This document shows positions 52,531-60,336 of a stretch of DNA of 64,000 nt, piece by piece. The notes beneath the pieces are model-generated. The model made no database searches, was not told the origin of the DNA, and was given only the letters and a program-made list of their open reading frames with translations. The position numbers were made by a program, and so were the translations under genes. Location: NCBI GenBank assembly GCA_903867855.1, contig CAIPTA010000179.1:3108-67107 (forward strand), read 5' to 3'. Each line of letters begins with the position of its first letter. The first letter of the stretch is position 1. Origin of the DNA: Oligoflexia bacterium (lineage in GTDB: Bacteria > Bdellovibrionota > UBA1018 > CAIPTA01).

Positions 52531-52635
52531 GGGAGCCTCCGTCTATATATATGTACAAGTTTTTGTCACGAAGCGCGGGAGTCGTCAATGCGAAAGCCTA
52601 GACTAATGCTTCGCATTATCTGCTAGAGTGCCCCC

Positions 52636-53640
52636 ATGAGCACCACCTATTCTCCCCTAGTACAAGAACTCAAAGAAAAAATGGAATTCGAAGGCCCTTT
52701 CCTTGTGAAAGTGCTGCTGCTCCATCTCGATAAGAATGGAAAACCTTATCTAAATCTAGTGCTAGTGGACAAAACCGGCGAAGTGGAAGCGCGCGCTTGG
52801 GAAAATGCCAATCGCTTAGCCGAGCAAGTGAAGCCGCAAGATATTGTGCGCGTCTCCGGCAAAGTAAATCTATTCCAAGGTAAACGCCAAGTGATCGTGG
52901 ACGCCATGGAGCGAGTGCCCGAGGGCACCTATCCGCTCGATCGTTTTCAATCGTCCACCGTTTTCGATGTGCAAAAAATGTATGCGGATATGACCCAGCT
53001 CTTCGAAACTTTAGAAGATCCTTTTGCGAAAAAACTCGCTCTCTCGGTTTTGGCCGATGCAGACATCAAGAAGAAAGTGCTCCGCGCACCTGCCGCCAAA
53101 TCTGTGCACCATGCGTATGTGGGCGGATTGCTCGAACACACTTTGAGCGTCTGCCGCGTGCTGGATTTCCTCGCTGTTCACTACCGCCGCTACTACGGCA
53201 AAGCCGTGAGCCGAGATCTGATGCTCCTCGGCGGACTCTTCCACGATATCGGCAAAATCTATGAGCTCCAATTTGATCGCGCCACGGAATATACCAATGC
53301 CGGCAAACTCGTTGGTCACCTCGTGATGGGCTGCGAACTCATTGACCGCTTTGCGAACAAGATCGAAGGCTTCCCAGAAAACTTGCGACTGCTCGCGAAA
53401 CACCAAGTGCTCGCCCACCACGGCAAGCTGGAATACGGCAGCCCAAAACTTCCGCATACCTTAGAGGCTTTACTCGTGCACTATGTGGACGATCTCGACT
53501 CCAAGGTAAACTCCATCCTCGGCATCATCGCGGCGGATACTACTCCCGGCGAATGGACGGCGAACTCTCGCATGTATGAACGCCCGTTCATGAAGCCCAC
53601 GGATAAGCCACAAATGCAGGGCCCTAGCCCAGGACTATAG
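52636..53640 (+). CDS. YhaM-like 3'-5' exoribonuclease (OB fold plus HD domain)
   Basis: N-terminal OB-fold region, then HHAYVGGLLEHTL and FHDIGK HD motifs. Confidence 0.75.
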   Translation: MSTTYSPLVQELKEKMEFEGPFLVKVLLLHLDKNGKPYLNLVLVDKTGEVEARAWENANRLAEQVKPQDIVRVSGKVNLFQGKRQVIVDAMERVPEGTYPLDRFQSSTVFDVQKMYADMTQLFETLEDPFAKKLALSVLADADIKKKVLRAPAAKSVHHAYVGGLLEHTLSVCRVLDFLAVHYRRYYGKAVSRDLMLLGGLFHDIGKIYELQFDRATEYTNAGKLVGHLVMGCELIDRFANKIEGFPENLRLLAKHQVLAHHGKLEYGSPKLPHTLEALLVHYVDDLDSKVNSILGIIAADTTPGEWTANSRMYERPFMKPTDKPQMQGPSPGL

Positions 53641-53644
53641 ATGC

Positions 53645-53663
53645 AGCGGCCATTCCGCTTTTT
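53645..53663 (+). terminator. Weak candidate rho-independent terminator after the yhaM-like gene
   Basis: AGCGG-CCATT-CCGCT hairpin followed by TTTT, 5 nt after the stop. Confidence 0.35.
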
Positions 53664-53666
53664 CCT

Positions 53667-54161
53667 CTAGCGTAAAAATTTCCCCATCATCAAACAATCG
53701 AAGTATTGGCCATCTAATTTTCGGTATTTTTTAAGTAAGCCTTCTTCCACAAAGCCACATTTTTTATATAAGGCGATAGCAGGAAGATTGGATGTATAAA
53801 CGTGTAACTCTGCCTTCTCTAACCCGTTGCCTTTCGCATGAGCCAAAACAGACTCTAGGAGTTTGAGCCCGAGGCCTTTTCCGCGAAATGCGGGAAGCAG
53901 ACCCATGCCAATCGAACCACGGTGACTGAAGCGCGGATTTTTCTCTGGGAAAAGATCACACCATCCCACCACTTTTTCATTTTGAATGGCATAATAGACC
54001 GCCCCATTCTCGGCAATTAGCTCCCGTTGAAACTTGGCAACCTGCTCAAAAGCCGGAGCCTCTATCATTTCGATATAAATTCGCTCTTTTGCAACAAGAG
54101 AAAGCGCTTCGTAGAAGCTGGGAATAAATTTTTCGCTAGCGTAGGCAATGGTGGCTTCCAT
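53667..54161 (-). CDS. GNAT-family N-acetyltransferase
   Basis: RGKGLGLKLLE acetyl-CoA motif. Confidence 0.75.
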   Translation of the reverse strand: MEATIAYASEKFIPSFYEALSLVAKERIYIEMIEAPAFEQVAKFQRELIAENGAVYYAIQNEKVVGWCDLFPEKNPRFSHRGSIGMGLLPAFRGKGLGLKLLESVLAHAKGNGLEKAELHVYTSNLPAIALYKKCGFVEEGLLKKYRKLDGQYFDCLMMGKFLR

Positions 54162-54177
54162 TGATTCCTCTTATAGT

Positions 54178-54215
54178 AAAAAAAAACGCATAGATTGCGC
54201 TTTTTTCGCAATCTA
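54178..54215 (-). terminator. Rho-independent terminator of the 54216-54785 gene
   Basis: On the minus strand, directly after the stop: TAGATTGCG-AAAAAAG-CGCAATCTA (9-bp stem), then TGCG and a T9 run. Confidence 0.6.
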
Positions 54216-54785
54216 CTAGTGAAGCTTCTTGGGGGGCCCCATATCATCTTCAATTTCTTCAAGCAGCTCTTCCAACTCTTCGTCAGTCACTTCCTCGTCT
54301 GCTGGATCAATGCCGGCATCACGCAGAAATTTATCTGCCACGTGTTCCAGGGCATGATTATCGCGATTGAGTTTGGCGTAAAGATCTTGGCCTTCCCATT
54401 CAAATTGTTCCCACTTGCCACTTGCTTCATCTATCTCTGCAAGAATCGCCTCTAGGCCTTTGCTCTTTTCAAAGCCTTGGGCAAACCAACTGGCTGCTAC
54501 ATCCACCATGCTTTTGAGCTGTTCTGTTACTTTTTCAGGTTTTTCAGAAATATTCGGAGCCAGATCAGCAGAAATATACAAGCTGCCCGCACGCAAGGAG
54601 CTGGCATTCGTTAGCGAAGCGCAAAAAACCACTTCATTAGAGTAGAGATCTGCATATACCAAGAATTCGGAATCCTTCCGCTGCTCTTCAAACTGGTCAT
54701 CGAATAGTTTGCGCATGCTATTAAGGAACTCTACCGGTAGAGCGTTTGGTTTTTTTGCCTGTTTTTTGCGTGTTGGAAGTGCCAT
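54216..54785 (-). CDS. Hypothetical acidic protein
   Basis: 189-aa ORF with a strongly acidic C-terminus, followed by a good terminator. No family recognised. Confidence 0.5.
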   Translation of the reverse strand: MALPTRKKQAKKPNALPVEFLNSMRKLFDDQFEEQRKDSEFLVYADLYSNEVVFCASLTNASSLRAGSLYISADLAPNISEKPEKVTEQLKSMVDVAASWFAQGFEKSKGLEAILAEIDEASGKWEQFEWEGQDLYAKLNRDNHALEHVADKFLRDAGIDPADEEVTDEELEELLEEIEDDMGPPKKLH

Positions 54786-54842
54786 ATACCCCGTCTTATC
54801 TCAGGCCTAGTGCCCAGTAAAGCTCCCTGCTATACTGTTTTC

Positions 54843-55208
54843 ATGGCAAAGTTCATCGAAAGAAGACGTAGTGCTCGTAAATCCTTCCCTGAGATGCCGT
54901 GGATATTTTCGCTCAGTCTCCAGGAAGCTCCAAAAACGGAACTCCCGATCCGCGTGGACGCAGTAAATATGAGCCGCCACGGGATTAAATTTCAATCGAA
55001 TCATAAAATTCCCCTTTTCACTCCCGTTCACGTTCAACTCTTTGAAAAAAAGACCAAAAGAGACCCACTTAAGATTCAAGCGAAGGTAGTGAGAGTGGAA
55101 GAAGTAGATACGGGCAAGGCAGAGAAGATCTTTGGCATCGCCATTCAGTTTGAAACCATGAGCGATGCGGATAGAGCCACGCTAGGGCTCGCCTTTCCGC
55201 CGCTATAG
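54843..55208 (+). CDS. PilZ domain protein (c-di-GMP receptor type)
   Basis: RRRSAR (RxxxR) and NMSRHG (D/NxSxxG) motifs. The start was set at ATG 54843. Confidence 0.65.
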   Translation: MAKFIERRRSARKSFPEMPWIFSLSLQEAPKTELPIRVDAVNMSRHGIKFQSNHKIPLFTPVHVQLFEKKTKRDPLKIQAKVVRVEEVDTGKAEKIFGIAIQFETMSDADRATLGLAFPPL

Positions 55209-56687
55209 TGGATCTGATCTAAAAAAGAGAGCTTGATATAGATGCTCATCTTGCACTTCTCCTTGAGCCATTAAATCAGAGAAGGTGATGGCCACTCTCG
55301 CTAACGCCACACTGGATCGTCGCGAGTAACCTCTGCTTTGGCAACTATCAGCCCAGAGCGCTTTCGCCGACGCCGACCAAGCCTTTACTTGAAACACTTC
55401 TTCCCCCTGAAGCCGCGAATTTGCCTTACCCTGCCTTGCGATCATAGACGCACGCGCTGTGGTGGCGAGTTCACGAAACTCAGCGGTGCTTGCCTTGCAA
55501 GTTTCCAGCTCTCCGCCTTGATGAAGTGGATAGTAAAGATCAATACGATCGAGAAGCGCTGAAGAAATGCGCCGACGATAATGACGAATCTCTGCCCGAC
55601 TACACTGGCATGCATGACGAGAATCTCCAAGCAAACCACAGGGGCATAGATTCGCCGACGCAAGTAATGTGGTTCTGCAGGGCAATCGATAGTGATAATC
55701 GCCTCGGCGCAATCGCAACTCTCCCTCTTCAATAGGAGTTCGCAGACTCTCTAAGACGCTGCGATCCATCTCTAAAACCTCATCAAGATATAAAACTCCC
55801 CCATGGGAAAGACTCAATTCACCAAATTTATTTTTTCCAAGACCACCCAAAAGATTTCCGCGGCTAATGCTGGCATGGGGCGCTCGGAAGGGACGCTCCC
55901 CCTCCCATGTTTCACCACTCATGGCATAGACTGCGCTGATTTCTTGTCCCTCCTCGACTGTGATGGGCGGTAAAATACTCGGCAAAGCGCTTGCCAAAAA
56001 ACTCTTGCCGACACCACGAGGACCAAAGAGTAGAGAGTGATGTCCACCAGCGGCCACTGCGAGCAACATCTGCTTCGCGCTTGCATGGCCCTCCACTTGT
56101 TCGATTTTAAGATAATTCGGGTTGAGGTTCTTCGATGGACGATGAACTTCTTCTCTCCTTTTCCCTCTGCCAATGCGCCGATTTAAAAAATCCACTGCCT
56201 CTTTCAAGCTTTGAAAGCCACCACCACCATCTAATTGAGCAGATTTCAGCACTTCGCTGTTCTCATAGGGCAAAAGTGCAGACGAAAAGAGCTGTTTTTG
56301 AAAAAAACTTGGCAGTGCAAGAGCCTCTACCACCGGCGAAAGACTCCCATCGAGGCGCAATCCACCTAAAACAGCGATCTTATGGAGGCGTTCAATCGAA
56401 AAAATGCCCTCTGAAGCCAATAATACCATCGCGGCAGCAAAATCGAGTGCCTGACTTCCTTCTCGCAAACATTCGGGCAGCACTTGAATCACTATTTTAC
56501 GTGCTGGAACTCGAAATCCCGAACTTTCGAGCGCAGAAAGCACTCTTTCGCGCATACTTTTTGCCTGTAATTGAGCAATTCCTAAAATCTGTAGTGACGG
56601 AAGATGCAAGCTCTGCCTGCATTCCAGCTCAACAGGCATCGCATTGAGACCAAATTGTTGTAACGATAAAATTTTTGCGTAACTCAT
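55203..56687 (-). CDS. yifB: YifB/ComM-family Mg-chelatase-like AAA+ ATPase
   Basis: 494 aa. Lon-like N-domain, Walker A LFGPRGVGKSFLA, C-terminal Mg-chelatase domain. Last recognisable bacterial gene. Confidence 0.85.
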   Translation of the reverse strand: MSYAKILSLQQFGLNAMPVELECRQSLHLPSLQILGIAQLQAKSMRERVLSALESSGFRVPARKIVIQVLPECLREGSQALDFAAAMVLLASEGIFSIERLHKIAVLGGLRLDGSLSPVVEALALPSFFQKQLFSSALLPYENSEVLKSAQLDGGGGFQSLKEAVDFLNRRIGRGKRREEVHRPSKNLNPNYLKIEQVEGHASAKQMLLAVAAGGHHSLLFGPRGVGKSFLASALPSILPPITVEEGQEISAVYAMSGETWEGERPFRAPHASISRGNLLGGLGKNKFGELSLSHGGVLYLDEVLEMDRSVLESLRTPIEEGELRLRRGDYHYRLPCRTTLLASANLCPCGLLGDSRHACQCSRAEIRHYRRRISSALLDRIDLYYPLHQGGELETCKASTAEFRELATTARASMIARQGKANSRLQGEEVFQVKAWSASAKALWADSCQSRGYSRRSSVALARVAITFSDLMAQGEVQDEHLYQALFFRSDPL

Positions 56688-57471
56688 AGATAAATTTTGT
56701 TCTGCAAAACTTTTTCCACGCGTTTTTTTTCAAATCGGCGATCAATATTGGATTTTTTTTCGCGAAGTATGATGGGTAGTGGTAGTAAATGACCTGGGTG
56801 ACACAGCTGTACATGCCGGCAAAGTCTTGCCTATAGACGATTTTGGCGCAGGGGGGTAGGTCAGAGTGCATGTAGTGCCTGTAGAATGCGTCCAATCCAG
56901 CCTGTACATGGCAATTTTCCACATTCTCTTCGACCCTTGCATCCTCTATGACGTTTGCTACAGAGGCCAGGTGGATGTGGCGATACAGAACACAGAACGA
57001 TGCTGTCATCCGCCTAATGAACGATAGCGAGAGACAACCGGGTTTGTCAGGGTCGAGGCAAGAAATGTCGTCCATCAGAGCCGTGTCGTTCACTTCAAGA
57101 TTGAAGGCGCCAAAGCGGGCCATAAGTGCATCCAGAGCCATGGCAACTGCATCCCAGTCCTCTGAGTATGTGTCCCAGTGGAACTGTAGATCTTCGAATG
57201 AGTCCTTGAGTTGTCGAAGTGTCAGTGACCGGATGGTGAGGCCTCCGTGGACAAATGTTGGCCAGAAAGAGTTGAGGCGTATGTCCATGGTGCTTGGGAA
57301 GAATTTGGCCCGGTATCTGGCGATCAAAAGACCTAGCAGGTGCATTTCATTCAGCATTACGTCGGCCGTGATTGGATCGTGCAGCCTTGTGTTCCAAATC
57401 CACTGATCCCATGCCTCTTTTGGGAGGTTGGCCTCTCCCCTTTCGAAATCCCTATTCCATCTATGCAGCAT
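56629..57471 (-). CDS. Hypothetical protein A of the foreign segment; C-terminus and stop unreliable
   Basis: ATG at 57471. The reading frame runs through the breakpoint and stops only inside the yifB 5' end, so the last ~20-45 codons are probably not native. No family recognised. Confidence 0.4.
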   Translation of the reverse strand: MLHRWNRDFERGEANLPKEAWDQWIWNTRLHDPITADVMLNEMHLLGLLIARYRAKFFPSTMDIRLNSFWPTFVHGGLTIRSLTLRQLKDSFEDLQFHWDTYSEDWDAVAMALDALMARFGAFNLEVNDTALMDDISCLDPDKPGCLSLSFIRRMTASFCVLYRHIHLASVANVIEDARVEENVENCHVQAGLDAFYRHYMHSDLPPCAKIVYRQDFAGMYSCVTQVIYYHYPSYFAKKNPILIADLKKNAWKKFCRTKFIYELRKNFIVTTIWSQCDAC

Positions 57472-57706
57472 TGAACTTCCTGTCGTCGGTCAGCTTCTCT
57501 ATCATGCAGGCGATTTCAGGGAGAACCGAGTTGGCATGTGCTATCTGTGCCACAGCGAGCCTCCACTCAAAGACGTCCGATTTTGGGTAATGGCAAAATT
57601 TGTGATCTTTCAATCCCAGCTCATGAAGTGGTGTGTACTTTATGTCCTTGTTGTCTGGTGGTTTGAAATCAAGCGGTATGCACGATTTCTTGTTATTTCG
57701 GTACAT
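57461..57706 (-). CDS. Hypothetical protein B (81 aa)
   Basis: First ATG at 57706 (the track's GTG at 57715 is discounted). Its TAG overlaps the ATG of ORF A (ATGCTGCATAG). The AT-rich box ends 24 nt upstream. Confidence 0.35.
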   Translation of the reverse strand: MYRNNKKSCIPLDFKPPDNKDIKYTPLHELGLKDHKFCHYPKSDVFEWRLAVAQIAHANSVLPEIACMIEKLTDDRKFNAA

Positions 57707-57708
57707 TG

Positions 57709-57722
57709 TTGCCACGTGGCAA
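57709..57722. promoter_or_regulatory. 14-bp perfect palindrome TTGCCACGTGGCAA (E-box core CACGTG) in a divergent intergenic region
   Basis: Read directly. It lies between the T8A6 tract (57731-57744) and the ATG of ORF B. Confidence 0.4.
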
Positions 57723-57753
57723 TTTGGATGTTTTTTTTAAAAAATAGTAGGTG

Positions 57754-58218
57754 ATGCTGGAGATTTGGGAGGTGATATTGCAGAGAGTAGCCTGTCTCAA
57801 AGGTTCCGTCAATCTGATCCTTGCGCATAAGGGACTCTATGAATCAACCCGATCGGACTTGTCTTTATGGAAGCGATTGGAGGCGCAGGTCGCCTTTTAC
57901 AACTCATACAAGACGTTCAGTCGGCGTCTCAAACATCTCGGGGTTAGGCGGCGATTAATAGCCTGGGTAGCAATGACCAGAGATCCATGTTGTGGCTGTG
58001 GTAATGACTACGCCATGCCACTGTATTACCTTGGTATCAAGCTTTGCACGTATTGTATGCCTGTGTTTACTGTGACCCATGCAGACCTTGAGCGACGGCT
58101 GGGTCCTCGGCGCGCCAGAGCTGTACATTTGCCATTTTCGTGGATTGACATGGGCCATGGAAAGAAGGAAAAGGTTTACCACAGGAAGCATCTGATGCAG
58201 TTGGGATTGCTACTGTAG
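57754..58218 (+). CDS. Hypothetical protein C with F-box-like N-terminus and C-terminal Cys cluster
   Basis: MLEIWEVILQRVACLKGSVNLILAHKGLYESTRSDLSLWKRL fits the F-box hydrophobic pattern (L-x-EIW-x-x-IL ... LWKRL). It also has CCGCG...CTYC. Confidence 0.45.
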   Translation: MLEIWEVILQRVACLKGSVNLILAHKGLYESTRSDLSLWKRLEAQVAFYNSYKTFSRRLKHLGVRRRLIAWVAMTRDPCCGCGNDYAMPLYYLGIKLCTYCMPVFTVTHADLERRLGPRRARAVHLPFSWIDMGHGKKEKVYHRKHLMQLGLLL

Positions 58219-58596
58219 CTTGATTCGTAACTGATGCGATGACACCATTGGATCTCTGAATTGCACCATGGTGGTCTTATGAACTACGACGCACTCCAAA
58301 GGATCTACCACTGCCTTTGGCTTCTGGCTAGGCATGCAATGGACATAGAGTATCAGAAAAGCCATTATTGCAAACAAGTAAAATCCAAATGAGATAAAGA
58401 TTGCTATGTCATTAAAGTTCTGTTGGCCGGTGTGATCGCATAATGTGCCGTCCCATCCACTCTCGCAAATCCAGTCGCATCTCTTATCTCGAATCCATGT
58501 GGGGGTGTAGACGTAGGTAGCATGTGCTGGCAGGGGGTTATCACATTGCATACATATGTCAAACGGTTTCCCTGGTATGGACACCTTTATGCACAT
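58210..58596 (-). CDS. Hypothetical Cys-rich single-TM protein D
   Basis: First ATG at 58596. CxxC pairs, an EGF-like CESGWDGTLC stretch, and the TM helix IAIFISFGFYLFAIMAFLILYV. Confidence 0.4.
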   Translation of the reverse strand: MCIKVSIPGKPFDICMQCDNPLPAHATYVYTPTWIRDKRCDWICESGWDGTLCDHTGQQNFNDIAIFISFGFYLFAIMAFLILYVHCMPSQKPKAVVDPLECVVVHKTTMVQFRDPMVSSHQLRIKLQ

Positions 58597-58643
58597 TTCA
58601 CAGAGTATTCGGAAGGAGAGGATATCCAATCCCCGTGCATAGT

Positions 58644-59042
58644 TTATTGACGTCTTTTTTTACTGACAGTAAAGCATGCCTTGCAGAATCCATTCTGTTG
58701 CATGCAAATCCGCAAGGACAGCTGGATTTTGCAATGTTCACATTGTCGTACACAGTTGGAGCAGAAGAGAGATATCCTGCTGTTTGAATTTCGTTTCATC
58801 TTGAGCCCCTCCTCCTTGAGCTGTAGAAATTTTGATCTGGGCTTCCATATTCCACACAGAGAACAGTTGTCCACTGCCTCGTCATTTTCTACTTGCCATG
58901 AGTACCCGTTCCCCAAGGGAAATTTCTTCCAATAGGTGGGCCAGAGCGAAGGGGGTAGGGAGTCAATGGCTTCAGCGGGTACTGGGGGTGGCATTGCTAG
59001 CAAATAGGGAGAGAGCATATGTGTCTTGCCTGATGACGTCAT
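58644..59042 (-). CDS. Hypothetical zinc-finger-like protein E
   Basis: The ATG lies inside the GATGACGTCATC palindrome. Four CxxC pairs (CSLC, CSNC, CEHC, CKAC). The stop TAA is embedded in AATAAA. Confidence 0.4.
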   Translation of the reverse strand: MTSSGKTHMLSPYLLAMPPPVPAEAIDSLPPSLWPTYWKKFPLGNGYSWQVENDEAVDNCSLCGIWKPRSKFLQLKEEGLKMKRNSNSRISLFCSNCVRQCEHCKIQLSLRICMQQNGFCKACFTVSKKRRQ

Positions 59043-59265
59043 CCTTAATCCTAGTGTTTTCCATGGCTGTAACGCTGCCTGGCATTAATACTATTTTCCG
59101 GCAATTCTTTAGGTTTAGGACCTCAACGCGCCCTTTGCTGTCGAAGTTTGGGTTCACAATCACACAACGTGGTCCTAACTTATCGGTGCTCCATTTGTGC
59201 ATCCCATTTAACCCTCTCAACACTTTTGGCTTGATTGCGACAACTTGGTTTGGTTGCAGCTGCAT
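58972..59265 (-). CDS. Hypothetical protein G (97 aa)
   Basis: First ATG at 59265, with TATATATA 36 nt upstream. Its 3' end overlaps ORF E by 71 nt in another frame. Confidence 0.35.
   Translation of the reverse strand: MQLQPNQVVAIKPKVLRGLNGMHKWSTDKLGPRCVIVNPNFDSKGRVEVLNLKNCRKIVLMPGSVTAMENTRIKDDVIRQDTYALSLFASNATPSTR
59032..59043. promoter_or_regulatory. 12-bp palindrome GATGACGTCATC (CRE/ATF-like TGACGTCA core), copy 1
   Basis: Read directly. It contains the ATG of ORF E and is preceded on that strand by TTAAG. Confidence 0.5.
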
Positions 59266-59341
59266 GGTGTGGGTGATACCCAATCAGGTCTTCCAACTGA
59301 CTATATATAGCCGAACGGAAAAAAAAAGTCATTTTTTTTAA

Positions 59342-59353
59342 GATGACGTCATC
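59342..59353. promoter_or_regulatory. 12-bp palindrome GATGACGTCATC, copy 2
   Basis: Read directly. It lies in the divergent G/F intergenic region next to the A9 and T8 runs and is preceded by TTAAG. Confidence 0.5.
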
Positions 59354-59374
59354 AGAATTTCAACCCTTCGCCTG

Positions 59375-59926
59375 ATGGTGCCCACATGTGCACTGTTTTT
59401 CGTTCAAATGGCACATCCTCTTGTGCTTAGAAGGACATATTACATTCCAAAGGTCTCTTTCGAGCAAGGGCTTAAGCGCATACATACACCAGAAACCATG
59501 CTTTCAAGGCTCCCTGGATATCGCGTGGGCAGGATATATGAACCGCAGCTTGTGAAGAACTCTACCTATTTGACATTCGATCTGGAGCCCATGTCACACC
59601 TCCTGCCTAAGGGCAAAAGGACAGTAACAACATTCTCAGAAAATCGCACAAAAGTTTCTATGATCTACATGAGGAACGATAGGGTAACACTTATGGCTAC
59701 TGTGCGTGTATGTCCTGCCAAGTTTGGACACATTTTGCAGGTCAATTGTACTTTATTCAGCAATAGCCGTTGGTTTTACTCAGGATTGATGGACTTATTC
59801 CCGTATCTTCCCAAATTTCCGGTCAAGATGTCCTTGGCCTGCAAGAAGAAATTTCGCAACTACAGGCTGTTGGCTATGAAGAAAAGCATCGCCTCACAGG
59901 AATCTGATGATGTGTCTTTTGAATAA
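59375..59926 (+). CDS. Hypothetical protein F (183 aa)
   Basis: Clean ATG ORF. The stop TAA is embedded in AATAAA (59922-59927). Confidence 0.45.
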   Translation: MVPTCALFFVQMAHPLVLRRTYYIPKVSFEQGLKRIHTPETMLSRLPGYRVGRIYEPQLVKNSTYLTFDLEPMSHLLPKGKRTVTTFSENRTKVSMIYMRNDRVTLMATVRVCPAKFGHILQVNCTLFSNSRWFYSGLMDLFPYLPKFPVKMSLACKKKFRNYRLLAMKKSIASQESDDVSFE

Positions 59927-60069
59927 AATTCCAATATGTTTTGGCCAAATCCTTTGCAATTCTTGCCTCGTGTTGTGCATCGCGGGTCATCTTCCATTGA
60001 TACCATGACAGGATCAAGAGCAGTATGCATACCATTGGCCAGATCATATCAGATCAGGACCTTGTGATT

Positions 60070-60333
60070 TTATAACTGCTTTCTCCTCCTCAGCTTGTTG
60101 GCCAGGATTAGGAATTTCTCTGCAACTAGTTGTTGTGCCACCTCGTTCCTTTCCCGCAGCTCCCTTATTGAAGTAGACCAGAGTAGGCAGAATAGTAACG
60201 ACGCAGTCACTATGGGCGGGCTGGACAGGTAAAGGGGACGGAACAATAGTGTTAGAACACTTGTCTGAAGCAGCACCCATAGGAACAGCCAATATTGCTC
60301 GTTTCGCTTTTCGTTCATGGTGCGTGACGTCAT
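60070..60333 (-). CDS. Hypothetical small two-TM protein (87 aa)
   Basis: The ATG lies within TGACGTCA and overlaps the stop of the 610-aa ORF (TGATG). It has two hydrophobic helices. Confidence 0.35.
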   Translation of the reverse strand: MTSRTMNEKRNEQYWLFLWVLLQTSVLTLLFRPLYLSSPPIVTASLLFCLLWSTSIRELRERNEVAQQLVAEKFLILANKLRRRKQL

Positions 60334-60336
60334 CAG
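60325..60336. promoter_or_regulatory. TGACGTCATCAG, copy 3 of the CRE-like element
   Basis: Read directly. It contains the ATG of the 87-aa ORF and the stop of the 610-aa ORF. Confidence 0.45.
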
